Assembly: GCF_963921235.1 (NCBI RefSeq)
Contig: NC_086097.1
Coordinates: 187,738,001 to 187,802,000, forward strand
Reading direction: 5' to 3'
Length of the DNA: 64,000 bases
Origin: Mobula hypostoma
Lineage: Eukaryota
This document shows positions 1 to 14,000 of the stretch, one piece after another (position 1 is the stretch's first letter; the number at the start of each line of letters is the position of its first letter). The position numbers and the translations under genes are program-made. The notes beneath the pieces are model-generated. The model made no database searches. It was not told the origin of the DNA and was given only the letters and a program-made list of their open reading frames with translations.

Positions 1-2010
1 CTCAAGGGATATTGCAACTCTGATAAAGAAGAAGAGGGAGTTGTATGACATGTATAGGAAGCAGGGAGTAAATAAGGTGCTTGAGGAGTATAAGAAGTGC
101 AAGAAAATACTTAAGGAAGAAATCAGGAGGGCTAAAAGAAGACATGAGGTTGCCTTGGCAGTCAAAGTGAAGGATAATCCAAAGAGCTTTTACAAGTATA
201 TTAAGAGCAAAAGGATTGTAAGGGATAAAATTGGTCCTCTTGAAGATCAGAGTGGTCGGCTTTGTGCGGAACCAAAGGAAATGGGGGAGATCTTAAATAG
301 GTTTTTTGTGTCTGTATTTACTAAGGAAGCTGGCATGAAATCTATGGAATTGAGGGAATCAAGTAGTAAGACCATGGAAACTGTACAGATTGAAAAGGAG
401 GAGGTGCTTGCTGTCTTGAGGAAAATTAAAGTGGATAAATCCCCAGGACCTGACAGAGTGTTCCCTCGGACCTTGAAGGAGACTAGTGTTGAAATTGCAG
501 GGGCCCTGGCAGAAATATTTAAAATATCGCTGTCTACAGGTGAGGTGCCGGAGGATTGGAGAGTGGCTCATGTTGTTCCGTTGTTTAAAAAAGGATCGAA
601 AAGTAATCCGGGAAATTATAGGCCAGTAAGTTTAACGTCGGTAGTAGGCAAGTTATTGGAGGGAGTACTAAGAGACAGAACCTACAAGCATTTGGATAGA
701 CAGGGACGTATTAGGGAGAGTCAACATGGCTCTGTGCGTGGTAGGTCATGTTTGACCAATCTATTGGAGTTTTTCAAGGAGGTTACCAGGAAAGTGGATG
801 AAGGGAAGGCAGTGGATATTGTCTACATGGACTTCAGTAAGGCCTTTGACAAGGTCCCACATGGGAGGTTAGTTAGGAAAATTCAGTCGCTAGGTATACA
901 TGAAGAAGTGGTAAATTGGATTAGACATTGGCTCAATGGAAGAAGCCAAAGAGTGGTAGTAGAGAATTGCTTCCCCGAGTGGAGGCCTGTGACTAGTGGT
1001 GTGCCACAGGGATCAGTGCTGGGTCCATTGCTATTTGTCATCTATATCAATGATCTGGATGATAATGTGGTAAATTGAATCAGCAAATTTGCTGATGATA
1101 CAAAGATTGGAGGTGTAGTAGACAGTGAGGAAAGTTTTCAAAGCTTGCAGAGGGACTTGGACCAGCTGGAAAAATGGGCTGAAAAATGGCAGATGGGGTT
1201 TAATACAGACACGTGTGAGGTATTGCACGTTGGAAGGACAAACCAAGGTAGAACATACAGGGTTAATGGTAAGGCACTGACGAGTGCAGTGGAACAGAGG
1301 GATCTGAGAATACAGATACAAAATTCCCTAAAAGTGGCGTCACAGGTAGATAGGGTCGTAAAGAGAGCTTTTGGTACATTGGCTTTATTAATCAAAGTAT
1401 TGAGTATAAGAGCTGGAATATTATGATGAGGTTGTATAAGGCATTGGTGAGGCTGAATCTGGAGTATTGTGTTCAGTTTTGGTCACCAAATTACAGGAAG
1501 GATATAAATAAGGTTGAAAGAGTGCAGAGAAGGTTTACAAGGATGTTTCCGGGACTTGAGAAACTCAGTTACAGAGAAAGGTTGAATAGGTTAGGACTTC
1601 ATTCCCTGGAGCGTAGAAAAATGAGGGGAGATTGGATAGAGGTATATAAAATTATGATGGGTATAGATAGAGTGAATGCAAGCAGGCTTTTTCCACTGAG
1701 ACAAGGGGAGAAAATAACCAGAGGACATGGGTTAAGGGTGAGGGGGAAAAGTTTAAAGGGAACATTAGGGGGGGCTTCTTCACACAGAGAGTGGTGGGAG
1801 TATGGAATGAGCTGCCAGACGAGGTGATAAATGCGGGTTCTTTTTTAACATTTAAGAATAAATTGGACAGATACATAGATGGGAGGTGTATGGAGGGATA
1901 TGGTCCGTGTGCAGGTCAGTGGGACTAAGCAGAAAATGGTTCGGCACAGCCAAGAAGCGCCAAAAGACCTATTTCTGTGCTGTAGTTTCTGTGGTTTCTA
2001 TGGTTTCTAT
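1..2010 (+). mobile_element. CR1-clade LINE, 3' part (ORF2 RT and 3' tail), cut by the window edge; disabled
   Basis: RT motifs [33 protein letters not shown]. Premature stop at 1076-1078 and frameshifts. Ends in a (TTTCTATGG)-like tail. Nearly identical to 56547-58549. Confidence 0.95.
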
Positions 2011-2729
2011 CGATGAATGACAATTAAATTTGAACTATGAACTATTTGCCAAATCAAACCAATAGTTGTTTTGTCTGTGGCAGTATCATTTTTCATCTAC
2101 TATTCAAGTTCACATTATATTGAATTACAGCATTTCAAGTTTTCGCATTCTTCCTTTTTTGCACTCTTTTCTTCCTTTCACTCTAATTCAACTCTAGCTA
2201 CTTCTAATCACAGAAACATCTCTTTATTTTTGCTCCAGAGATTACATAGACCTCTTCTTCATATTCCAGTACATCAATCAACTTTTTTCAAATGGTGTAG
2301 ATTACTAAGGCATAGCTTCTTGCAGTAAATGCTTTGAATAGCTTTAGTGCTCATGTTGATTGGTGCGCAGTAAGAACAGCGTGAGCCAACGTGAATTCTT
2401 TTATATTAGATAATAGAAAGATTCAGTTAGTTTTATTATCATTACTGACCATGAAAGTTTTATTTGCATTTTGAATGAATCCCCAGTTTATCAAAACCAC
2501 AGTTTGAACTTGACAACTGATTGTCTACAATAAAAGCAGCTCCTGAAAAGATTACTTGTAGAATTACACAATAAAAATGACATAAAATGGGTCAGATTGT
2601 TGTTGTCCATCCCTCCCTTGGGAAATGAAAACAATTTGAGATGATTCAGAAGTAACCCAAGAGCAGTCTGCATAATGTCCAATACTGTCTGCTTCCACAA
2701 GTGAGGTTTTAGCTGGTGCAAAAAATAAA

Positions 2730-4110
2730 CCACCAGAAAAACTCAGTGGGTCGAGTAACATCAGTGAAGGGAAAGGAATGTTCAACATTTTGAGTCCAGA
2801 CTCTGCATCAGGACTGGTAGTTTAGAGGGAAAAGAGCAAACTGAAGAACACAGAGGTGAGAAGGAGTGGTGAGACAGAGACTGGTAGGCAATGGGTAGAT
2901 CCAGATGAGGTTGGGATGGAGTAATTGAGCTAAGTTGAAGAGAGGAGGGGAAGGGTAGAGACATTGATTGGTAGTGATAGGTGGAGCCAGAGAAAGGAAT
3001 GGATGCAGAGGCCGAATCTGCCTTTAGGATGAGATTTTCTGCTCCAGGTCCTCTGAAATGGCCTCTTTATTCAGGAAAGGTGGCTTCCCCTCCATAATAG
3101 TTGATAGAAACCTTGCACCGATTTCTTCATTTCCCACATATCTGCTCTCTCAGACAGAACAAAGATAAATTCTCCTGGTCCTCTCCTTTCACCCCAATAG
3201 CCTATGTATACAGCATGTAATCTTTTATCACCTTTGCCAGTTTCAGTGATATCCCACCTCAAGCCATCTTCCTCTCTTCTGCTCAGTTTTACCGCTTAAC
3301 ACCCACCCCTCTTCATCCCCTGCTACTTTTCCCTGCAAGATCAGGGGTCCAATACTTGCCCTACACCTCTTCGCTCAACACCACCACAGGATCTAAAGAA
3401 CTCTTCCAAGTGAGGTAGAGATCCATGTGCAGCTCCTTCAACCTGGTCAATTGCAGTCAATGCTCACGATGTGTTCTTCTCTTTATCAGTGCAATCAAGA
3501 ATAGACCAGGTGACTGTTTTGCGAAGCATCTGAGCTCTGTCCGCAACAGCCGTCATGATTAGCTGGTTGTATGTCATTTCAATTCCACTTCCCATTCCTT
3601 TACCAACTTGTCAGTCCTCAGCCTTCTCCAGTGAAATACTGAGGCCAAATGCAAACTATAAAAACAGCAAGTCAGGAAGCCAACAAGTGATTGGCATGAA
3701 TTATGAATTTTCAGATTCTGAGAGCAATCTGTTCCCGTGATCTTTTTCTGCTCTCACCAATCCACTCGCCTCTCTCTCCCTTGGGGTTTCCTCTCCTGTG
3801 GTTCCCATTTCCTAACCATTCCCCTATCTGCTTCCAGCTCTCCTTTAGTTCCATTAACAGCCTAATCATAACCTCTGATTTGACACTTACCCTACCCGAC
3901 ATAGATCCATCTTCTCCCCTTCATCTGGTTCTACCTGTCACCTGATAGACTCCCTCATGCTCCTTTACATTTCCCTCTCCACTCTCAGTCCTCATGACTT
4001 GTAATGTTGACCGTCCTTTGCCTCCACAGTTTCTGCTTGTACAGTGAGCTCTTCCAACAGTTTTTATTTTGTTCCAGATTCCAGTATCTGCATTTGTTTG
4101 TGTCACCATG
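2730..4110 (+). mobile_element. Decayed Penelope-like element (GIY-YIG end) with an inverted terminal repeat copy at about 2730-3020
   Basis: From 3362 reads YTSSLNTTTGSKELFQVR*RSMCSSFNLVNCSQCSRCVLLFISAIKNRPGDCFAKHL, a degenerate Penelope GIY-YIG region. Terminal-repeat-like sequence lies at about 3900-4110 (+) and 2730-3020 (-). Confidence 0.75.
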
Positions 4111-4979
4111 TTTCAACTGCTATCACAAAGTAGGCTGCAAGCCCTCCCCAAAAAAAGTCAGCTCCTGTTTTCCTCCAAGATTGGTTCATGTATTTAAATA
4201 ATTTTTCATTGTAACAAAAGTTTCCCCTTTGAATATAGGTTATATCAATCAGCATCTTCCACAGCTGATTTATTGCACATTATGTTCCTTCAAATTATAG
4301 TTATGTCATTTTTGTGAACTTGTTATAGAAGATGAAAAATGATGCTTCTGGTTAAGTAACAGCAAGGATAAAATCCCGAATGTAATTGGGATTTTTGTCA
4401 TAAGAAGTAAAATCTCTTCCTCCAAGCCCCATAGGGAAGCTTTGGCTTCCTTCTCTTCTTCTTTCCCATTTCCTGTATCCCGGATTCCTATGAGAGATCC
4501 CTGAAAGCTAATCTCACTGCAGACAGCCCCCAAGCTAAAAACACATCTCTAGCAGTGACATTAAAGTATAAAAGCTACAAAAACTGCCCACATTGAACTC
4601 CAGGGGAAGAGTATGGGAAATTTACCTGCCATTGGGAAACAACTTCAACAGTTAAACTTCAAGCTCAATTATTAGTCACCTTCCTGACTGAGCACACCTC
4701 TGTCTCACCAGCACCAACTGCATCTTCACTGAATGTCCAGATGTTAAAGGCCAGAGTATTTCAGAAGGTTCTAATGGGATTTAGCCCTTTTCTGTAGCTC
4801 TCCTTTGTCCCTTTGACCGAAATATTTTCACTCGGTCCAGTGTCAGTGGACTGGCAAATTGAATGGTTGAAATATGTAGGTGAGAAACATCCTGTTTGGT
4901 CTGCAATCAGTGCTTGATAAACAGAGCTCATCTGTTATATTTACTATGGTTTCCTCACCCAACTATATTCGACTGAACT

Positions 4980-5345
4980 CATGGAATCACAGAACTATAT
5001 AGCACAGATCAGGACTCTTATCCTTCCTTACCATTCCAACCCTGATGCCTGTTGATGCTGATCCCTTTTGCCCTTATCCTCTATGCCTTTCCTATATAAT
5101 TACTTTTCCAAACCCAAGTTGCAATCTGCCTCCACTAACTCTTCTGGCTGATCATTCCAGATATTCACCATTCTGTGTGAAAACCTTTGCTTCAAATCTC
5201 CTTTTATTTCTCCCCTCTCAGCTTGAAACCGCACCCTCAAGTTCCAGAATATTTTATCCTGGAAAAAAAACTTCTGACTGTTGCCACCCGTGCCCCTCAA
5301 AATTCTATAAACCTCACAAATCGCCCCTCAGTCTCCTATGTTACT
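4980..5345 (-). mobile_element. Old CR1 LINE 3' fragment
   Basis: Minus strand reads FSHRMVNIWNDQPEELVEA (CR1 C-terminal FFxxRVVxxWNxLP motif), followed by the tail. Confidence 0.7.
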
Positions 5346-6089
5346 GCTCTGCTTGCTAGCATCCGTGTATGGAAATATACTAAGGTAATGATTCTGGAAT
5401 TATGAAGAATAAGTTCAGCTTGAGTCAAGTATGAATTTTGACTCTTCTTGTTGTTGATATTGCAGTAAATTCTATATTATGTTAAAAGCCTTTAGATCAA
5501 ATGAGGAAATTAAAGCCGTGGAGATACACTAGTACATCAGTAAATGGGAATGGCAACTTCGTGCTTTTGGATTAAGTAGCGGCAGGAATTCATTCTAGGT
5601 TAATTATGAAAAAAGTGTTCTTTCATTTACAGATAATATAAGTTAGTATCTGAGACTAGATGGAAGTGTAAGTTACATTTGAGACACACCCTGCCCTTAA
5701 TGTATTAGATATACTGTATCAAGAGAGTAATTCATTACCATGTTTCTCATTGTCCAACTCCACTATAGAAAGACAATTTTGTGCTTTGTTTGAAAAGGGT
5801 CAAAAATCCCAGTGACTTTGATGCAGTGCTGCAAAATGTGACAAATATAAGGCATGATCAATGTACGTTTTAAAAACCTAAGCTGCCTGTAAAGGAAATA
5901 GGAAGAGATGAGGCAAAAGTATGATGCCTTTATACAGGCATAACCACTAATGCTTGATGGCTTTTGCAATTACCTGTTGAAAGTAAGCCTATTCGGTGAA
6001 ATATTTTTATAAAGCATGTTTACACTGATACTCTATGATAAGGTAGTATAAGATTACAAGTAAATACTTTTTCATCTAATATTTAGTCC

Positions 6090-6310
6090 AGAAACTGAAA
6101 ATCAAATAACTGTTGATGCTGGAAATTGAAGTTCAAATAGAAAATGTGGAAAGCATAAAGCAGGACAACCACCATCTGTGAAATAGAAAATGTTAATGTT
6201 TCTCAGTTTGGCAGTAGTTGGAAAGAGAGAAAAAATGAGTGAGTTTTCAATAATGGAGAAGCTGGTGGAAGGACAAAAAGACTAGAAAAATATATCTGAT
6301 TGGATAAGAC
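6090..6310 (-). repeat. Old Penelope-terminus-like repeat fragment
   Basis: Similar to the termini at about 4020-4105 and 29160-29245 (tgttgatgctggaaat...aaaatgtggaaa...catctgtg). Confidence 0.45.
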
Positions 6311-7885
6311 CTGATGAGTGAATATAGTAAAGGAATAGCAATTGAGATCAGATTATGCTTCTTTGTCTGCTGGTCCAACTGCTACAGTGAATCATTTAGA
6401 TTCTGTTTTTGTATTATTCCACACTTTGGTGTCACCAATAAGCCATAGTCCTATGCAATTGCAAATTTACCTGTTCAGTATCCACCAGTGTAAATCTGCA
6501 CAATCAAACCGTCTCTAATCCTAGTGCTGAGGTCCAGTATGGTTATGCTGTCACGTGGAGGTGGGGAGTGGTGAAGAACAAAATGGCTCATTAAACCATT
6601 GTGAAGCTACAGCTTCAGAGTGAACTATCAAATCTGTCATAAATAATTGTGTCATTTTACTAATATGGTATTTATTCTAGTATGTCTGAGAGCAGGCTAG
6701 AGATTGTCTGGGAATAAGAACTAAGAAGTTTGGGACTTGGTCATGCAGCATTCTCAGAAATGGTGACACTTATGGGGAGAAATGTTTACCATTCAACAAA
6801 GAACTACAGGTATTTCCCACCAAATTCAAGCCAGTTACAGCTATCATAATCTTGGCAAAGCTTGTGAAACAGAATGTGAATGACTGTTATACTACATTAA
6901 GGGAAGGAGGAGTGATTTAGTTTCCATGTTTTCTAAGATCTCATACATACCTTGTAGGAGATATTTACAAACATAAATATAAGGCTAGATGTAGATTATC
7001 CTGCAGGCTACAGTGAATTTGGATTATAGTTGATTAAGGGGGAAATGTTAATGTTACTAATATTAAATCTTAAATATTTAATTTCACATTAAATCCTGGG
7101 GTATTTTATTTTAATGTATGTACTTCTGGTACCTTAAAGAAAACATTTAGGAATGTATAGTTTATTTATTATTCTATAGAGTAATTAAGATTTTAAGTTT
7201 ATTTTAATTTAGAATGAGACCTGTGATTCAGTAGCTGCTAATTAGAATGATATACTGTATGTTCTATAGCTTTTGAGAAAGCATGGGATTGTTCCATTGC
7301 TACTTTACATTGAGAGTTGCTGGTCAAGAACAAACTCTTCAGCAAATATATTGATACATCTCAACACATCTTGTGGATGGTCCTATTCTTAAATTAATTG
7401 AATTGGTTGTGAATATATTGGACTATTTTTACCAAGGAATTCCGGAGAATACGAGTCTCTGGAGGAAGTTTTTGTGCCAAACTTAACTAATGGCAATAAA
7501 ACTACAATTTAGCTACATTCAGTACTCAGAATTTTTATTCATAGTGTTATTTTTTTTAGAATGTGTAATTTGGGTAATTGTAAAACTTACAAAATAGAAT
7601 AGGCCCAATAAACTCCAATGCCTGTTTGAAAATGCGGTCAATTTTATTCCCATAACTTAGTTTCCACTCCATCACACAACAAATGAATCCTCCCAAATTA
7701 CTTAACAAGCTTCAATAGCTAATTGGGTATGGAATTTAATCTCATTACATTTTCAGGTATGATATTGCAAATCCTCAAAACATGAGGAAAATCAGAAAGT
7801 TTTGTGTGTGTTGCCTTAGATTTCCAGCATTTTCTGTCTCTCTTGCATATCACATGATACCTTCATTTCTTAAAAGTTTAACATA

Positions 7886-8358
7886 ATCATCATCATTATG
7901 CGCTGTGTGTCCTATGACATGGGCAATCATGGTTTTCGTGCTTGGCAAATTTTTCTATGGAAGTGGTTTGCCATTGCCACCTTTCGGGCAGTCTCTTTAG
8001 AAGACAGATGACTCCAGCCATTGTCAACACTCTTCAGAGATTGTTTGCCTGGTGTCAGTGGTGGCATAATCGGGACTTGTGATCCTCATACAACCATCCA
8101 CTACCTGCTCCCATGGCTTCATGTGACCCTGATGAGGAGGTTATACAAGTGCTGCATCTTGCCCAAGGGTGATCTGCAGGCTAGCGGAAGGAAGGAGCCC
8201 ATACACTTCCTTTTGGTAGAAACATATCTCCACCCCTGTCACCCAAGGAGGTTATACAGGTGCTGCACCTTGCCCAAGGGTGATCTTCAGGCTAGCGGAA
8301 AGAAGGAGCGCCATACACTTCCTTTTGGTAGAAACATATCTCCACCCCTGCCACCCAA
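7886..8358 (-). mobile_element. Non-autonomous RTE-related SINE-like element with a tandemly duplicated 5' head
   Basis: Minus strand contains GGCAATGGCAAACCACTTC (RTE/BovB-type motif) and a (TGA)n tail. Units 8136-8246 and 8247-8358 are direct repeats. The 3' end matches 42696-42768. Confidence 0.65.
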
Positions 8359-9358
8359 AATAGATCCTTTTAAAAGAATGTCATAAACCCAAAGAAGCTA
8401 ATAACTGTAATCATAAGTTTTTGATATTCATATTAAATTATAATTCTAGCATCTCCCAACTTCTCTGTGCATTTATCTAATCATTGGTTTTCTTTGTTTA
8501 TGGACCTGTTTAATGGAAGCTACTCTCATCATCTCCGAAGTACCCACAGATCATTCCAAAGGATCACATCCCTAGACAGGCATTGTTCACATCTGGTCTC
8601 ACATCTTGTAGCTTAGAGACTTCATTTCACCCCGTGACAATCATTACACCAGTTTATATTGAAAAAGCATTCAAAGTCCAGGCATTATTTTCAAAGCTTC
8701 CACCCTTCTACACTCATGTGAGCTTCTGGCTTCCTGCTGAACCAATTTGTAATGAAATGGCCCTGCTGGGGGAGAAAAAAGTGCCACTATCATTTCTATA
8801 TGTTTCTTACATGGTTGCTGCCTCACTTCTTTAATCAGCACCTCCATACTACTGAATGCTGAATATTGTCCAGCGTTTCAATTAATTTTGCTTGAATTCT
8901 CATTGTCCGGTCTATAACGTAGGTGATCTTGGACTATCCATATCAAAGGGCTCGGTAATAGCACATTTTCTTAGGTTAACACCCGGCCAGGTTACCAATT
9001 CACCAACTATTTCCTCTAGTCCCAGCTTCCCAGTGGCAGACTTAGAGTTCCTTCCAGATCCAGATCTCTGTACAAGGCAGGATTAGTATATTCAAGGAGC
9101 ATTCACATAAATGCAGAAGGTTTTGAACTTCCTGGGAGGTCTTGGCATTCATTGGTCCCACTGCATTCATTGTGGAGATCAGTGGCAGAGACTAGCATTT
9201 TACAGTTTCCAAGTAATTATGCTGGTAAATCTGCCAGCTGAATCTGATGTAGTTAAGCCTGGCTCAGGATCAACAACTCCATTCATTCAAAATAAGAGGA
9301 CAAATGGGAGACAGGCGAACATCAGGTAATTTACAACTTTTAAATTAAAGGATAAATA

Positions 9359-9965
9359 CGAGGGGTGATTGATAAGTTCGTGACCTAAGGTAGAAGGAGT
9401 CAATTTTAGAAAATCTAGCACATTTATTTTTCAACATAGTCCCCTCCTACATGTACACACTTAGTCCAGTGGTCGTGGAGCATACGGATCCCTTCTTTGT
9501 AGAAGTGGTCCTCAGGGTGATTGATAAGTTCATGGCCTGAGATAGTAGGAGATGAGTTATTAATTTCAAACGTTCTGCATTATCACCCAAAGAGTTGAAC
9601 TGCATGTGCATATAATGAGAGTGTCTTGACGTCCATTTGGTCCACAGCAGGGGTGATTGATAAGTTTGTGGCCTAAGGTAGAAGGAGATGAGTTATACAG
9701 CTCTCATTACATGCACATGCAGTTCAACTCTTTGAGTGAAAATGCAGAAAGTTTGAAGTTAATAACACATCTCCTTCTACCCTAGGCCATGAATTAATCA
9801 ATCACCCCTACTGTGGATCACTTCTGGAGGTCCAAGACGGTGACTTCTACAAAGAAGGGATCCGTATGCTCCACAACCGCTGGACTAAGTGTGTAAATAA
9901 ATGCGCTAGTTTTTCTAAAATTGACTCCTTCTACTTTAGACCACGAACTTATCAGTCACCCCTCA
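9359..9965. mobile_element. Mariner-derived palindromic MITE
   Basis: TA at 9357-9358 and 9966-9967. Terminal inverted repeats CGAGGGGTGATTGATAAGTTCGTG... / ...CACGAACTTATCAGTCACCCCTCA. The arms encode the mariner C-terminus FYKEGIRMLHDHWTKCVHVGGDYVEK*. Confidence 0.88.
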
Positions 9966-9977
9966 TATGTTTGCTTA

Positions 9978-10460
9978 CATAAGAACAAAAAAAATTGCAG
10001 CAGTAAGCTAATTGGCCCCCCCTTGCATACATTACCATTCAATACTCTGGGTTATCTTCTATCGTGCCAACACTTTCCTGCATTAGACCCTTGATATCCT
10101 TAATATTTAAAAACTATCCCCTTTGTCTTGAATATACTCAGCAACTGAGCTTCAGCTAATGACTTCTACAGATTCAATGACTTTTGCATGAGAAAGTCTC
10201 TTATCTCTGTCTTGAAGCTAATGCCTTGTATGAAAATTATGTTCACTGCTTGAAACATCAGCAAGGTGGAAAAATTATACATAATTCCTTTTCTCAAACT
10301 ATTAATGTGGATTGTGAATAGCCAGGATCCCAGCACTGATTCCCACAAAGCCTCACGGGTCACAGCTTCCCAACCTGCCAATGGCATATTTATCTCTGTT
10401 TACTGTTTTCTGTGTATCAACTAAACTTCATTCCATATCTGTATAACCCTCTAATATTGT
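9978..10460 (-). mobile_element. Old CR1 fragment (host of the L1 insertion; continues at about 16135-16175)
   Basis: Minus strand reads WEAVTREALWESVLGSWLFTIHINSL (degenerate [19 protein letters not shown]), with a CR1 tail near 9980. Confidence 0.65.
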
Positions 10461-11020
10461 GCACTCTTTTTTTTAAATTTTATTTTTATTTGGATAAGGA
10501 ATTCACAAATATCATGTACTTTTTTCACACATATAACCTTTTCCATTTTTTTATATGTATAAAACTATAATTATTTATACATTCTTAGGTACACATTGAG
10601 ATGATATAAAAGGAAATTAGACACTTAAATAGATAATTATGTACTGTGGTAATTCTAATCTATTAGGCTAAGTAATGGTATTAGTTGTTAAGAAAAATGG
10701 TGGAATAGTTTCCATATAACTCTTCTGGACCATTTCCACTGGTCCAAAATGTTGTATATAAGCCTATGTAACAACCATTGTAGGTGTTTATATCCTAATT
10801 TGTTCATGCTTGCTCCTGCCCGCAGACATAATTATCCAATCCCTATGTACTTATTTACTTAATTTTTTCATTTTTTATCCCTTTCCCAAATCTTTCCCTT
10901 TACTTGTGTTAATTCTCTATTTTCCAAAAGAAAACAAAAAAAAAGACATTTAGACTAGGGGTGCTTACGTTAGCAATATTACTGTGTTGATGAGAAGAGC
11001 AGTATAAATCATTAGCAGAG

Positions 11021-14000
11021 TCATCTAAAGTCTGCTTGCATTGAGGTTATATATTCAATCCATTTATTCCAGATTTGATAAAATTTTTCTTTTTGAATTC
11101 TCAGGGAGTAAGTCAACTTTTCCATTTTAAACATTTCCGAAATAATTTCGTGTCAATCTTCTAATGTAGGTGGTATTGGATTTAGCCACTTTCTAGTGAT
11201 TGATTTCTTACTTGCCGCTAAGACGGCCTGCAGCAACTTTATATCTTCCTTCTGTTCAAGAAACAATACATGCCCCAAATAGAGCGTCTCAAAGTTCAGA
11301 GGTATCTGGGACCTAAGTACCTTAACTAATGTTCTATGAATACCTTCCCAATATAGACTTAATTTAGGGCAATCCCAGAAAATATGAAAATGATTTGCCT
11401 CCTTGGAGCCGCACCTTCTCCAACACGTCACGTTTGTATCTTTATATTTTTCCTGATATGGGGTCTTGAAGTATCTTATAATGTTTTTCCAGCAATGTTC
11501 TCTCCAAGTCAAAGAATTAGTCAAGGACCATTGAAAGCTGCAGATTTTCCCCCAAGCCTCCTCTGAAAGTACCAACCCCGATTCTTTCTCCCACTTCTCT
11601 TTAATATACAGTGTATTTACATTTTTAGCATGGGAGATTGCATTATATAATCGAGAAACTGATTTACTAGGTATTGAACGGCAAGCCGAATTCAGAATCT
11701 TGAAAAATTCTAATTCTACTGTTGCTAGGTCTGTATATCTACAACTCTGGTTAACATAGTTTTGTACTTGAAGGTACCTAAAAAAGTCATTATGTTCTAG
11801 GCCATGTTTGTCCTGCAGGATTTGGAAGCTTTGTAATACTCATTTATCTATAAATGAGAGGTAGGTTGTAAGACCTTTCTTTATCCACAGCTCAAATCTT
11901 TTATCTCCTCTGTTGGGAAGGAATTCAGTATCATATGCACACCATCTAAAGAGTTTTAACATGTTATTAATTCCACATGAATTAACCACCTTCTGCCATA
12001 CTTTTAATGTAAGATTTATCCAACTGTTTTTAAATTTTTCCAACTGGGCCATCAATCCTTTGTCAGCTATTGAGGCCTGCAGAGGAAAACTGTTAACTAA
12101 TCCAAATTCTATTTCCTTTCATCTAGCCTTATATTCCCTATTACACCAATATAACAGAGGGGTTATCTGGGAGGCATAAAAATAATTTCTCAGGCAAGGA
12201 AGAACCATACCTCCTCCTTCCTTCCCTAACTGTAAGGTGTTATATCGAATTCTAGGTTTCTTTCCTTGCCAAATGAAGCGGGAAATCCATTTGTCCCATT
12301 CCCTGAATTGATTATCATCCACCTTCACCGGTAAAGTACGGAAAAGATACAATAACCGAGGAAGAATATTCATTTTTATAGTATTTATCCTTGAATTTAA
12401 ACTTAAAAAGGGGATAAGATTCCATCTATGCATATCTGCTTTTATCTCTGAGATTAGTGGCCCATAATTTACCTGTGACAGTGTTGAAAGATCCTTCGGC
12501 AGAGTTATTCCTAAATATTTTAATGATTTAGCTTCCCACTTAAGATCGTATGTATCCTGCAATTTTTTGGATGGTGTATAATTTAGGGACATAACCTGCG
12601 TTTTCTTTACATTTATTTTATAACCTGATATTTTCCCAAAGTCATCCAACAGTGTAAACAATCCTATAAATGATTTTTCTGGTTCACTCAGATAGACCAA
12701 AACATCATCTGTGAATAACGCCACTTTCTGTTCAATCCCTGCCACCTTGATACCTTTTACGATTTCGCTCTGTCTTATTAGTTGGGCAAGTGGTTCAATA
12801 TATAGCGCAAAAAGGAGAGGAGAAATTGGGCATCCCTGTCTAGTGCCTCTCTCTAAAATGAAGGAGTCAGAGAGGTCCCCATTTATCTTAATTCGGGCTG
12901 TAGGGCTGTCATATAGAGTCTGAATTACTTTAATAAACTTTTCTTGAAAGCCGAATCTTCCTAACACTCTGTTTAGGAATGCCCAACTAACCGAATCAAA
13001 AGCTTTCTCAGCGTCCAATCCTACTACCATTGTCTCTGTCTCGTTCTTATTAACCTGTTCTAATATGTGCAGAGTTCTCCTTATGTTGTCCTGTGTTTGT
13101 CTTTGTTGAATAAATCCAGTCTGGTCTAAGTGGTTTAGGCCAGGTAAAAGCTTTTCCAATCTGCACGCTAATATAGATGTAAATAGTTTGTAATCTAAAT
13201 TAAGAACACTAATTGGCCAATAATTGCCACATTCTAGTTTATCTTTACCCTCTTTAGGAATAACTGAAATAATCGCTTCTCTCCAGGAAGGTGGAGTTTC
13301 TCCTCTCTGCAAGATCCAATTAAAGGTGTTAAGTAGTAATGGGGCTAACTGTGTCTTCAGGGGCTTGTACCACTCTGAGGTAAACCCATCAGAACCCGGG
13401 AACTTCCAGCCTTTAACCTAGAGATGGCCACGTTCAGTTCTTTGACAGTTACTGGTTCTAATAAACTTTCATTTTGTAAATCTGTAAGTTTAGGTAGATC
13501 TAAAAAATTCAATACACTGTCTATATAGGGCTCATTGGGGGCCCGGGGTTGGGAGTACAGCTCTCGATAATATGTTTCAAAACTCTCTTGAATTTTCCCT
13601 TTTGTACTCTCCACAAGCTTTGTCTTTGGATTCTTTATTTTATGAATTGTATTGTCTGCTTGTTGTTTTCGTAATTTATATGCTAATAATCTAGCTGATT
13701 TACCTCCTACTTCATAATTCTTTTGTCTCAGGTAAAGAAAATTTCTTTGAGTTTCCAACGTATAAATATCGTCAATTTCACTTTGCAATTTCCTAATTTC
13801 CTGTTTTCGATTTGAATTACTTTTGTTGCTATCTACAACTTGAAGTTCTTTTAATTTTCCTTGAAGGTCTGCTAATTTTTGTGCATTGATTTTTTTCATG
13901 TGAGTGGTAATGGAAATAATTTTCCCTCTCAGTACAGCTTTCAATGTATCCCATAAGATCACCGGTGATGTTTCTCCCATGTCATTAAGGTCTAGATATT

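Noticed and set aside
8021..8386. 121 aa ORF with an internal repeat
   Set aside because: Antisense reading of a SINE-like element with a tandem duplication.
9359..9965. Repeated GGGTGATTGATAAGTT motifs as a CRISPR-like array
   Set aside because: Eukaryotic context, mixed orientation and non-unique spacers; explained by MITE TIR modules.
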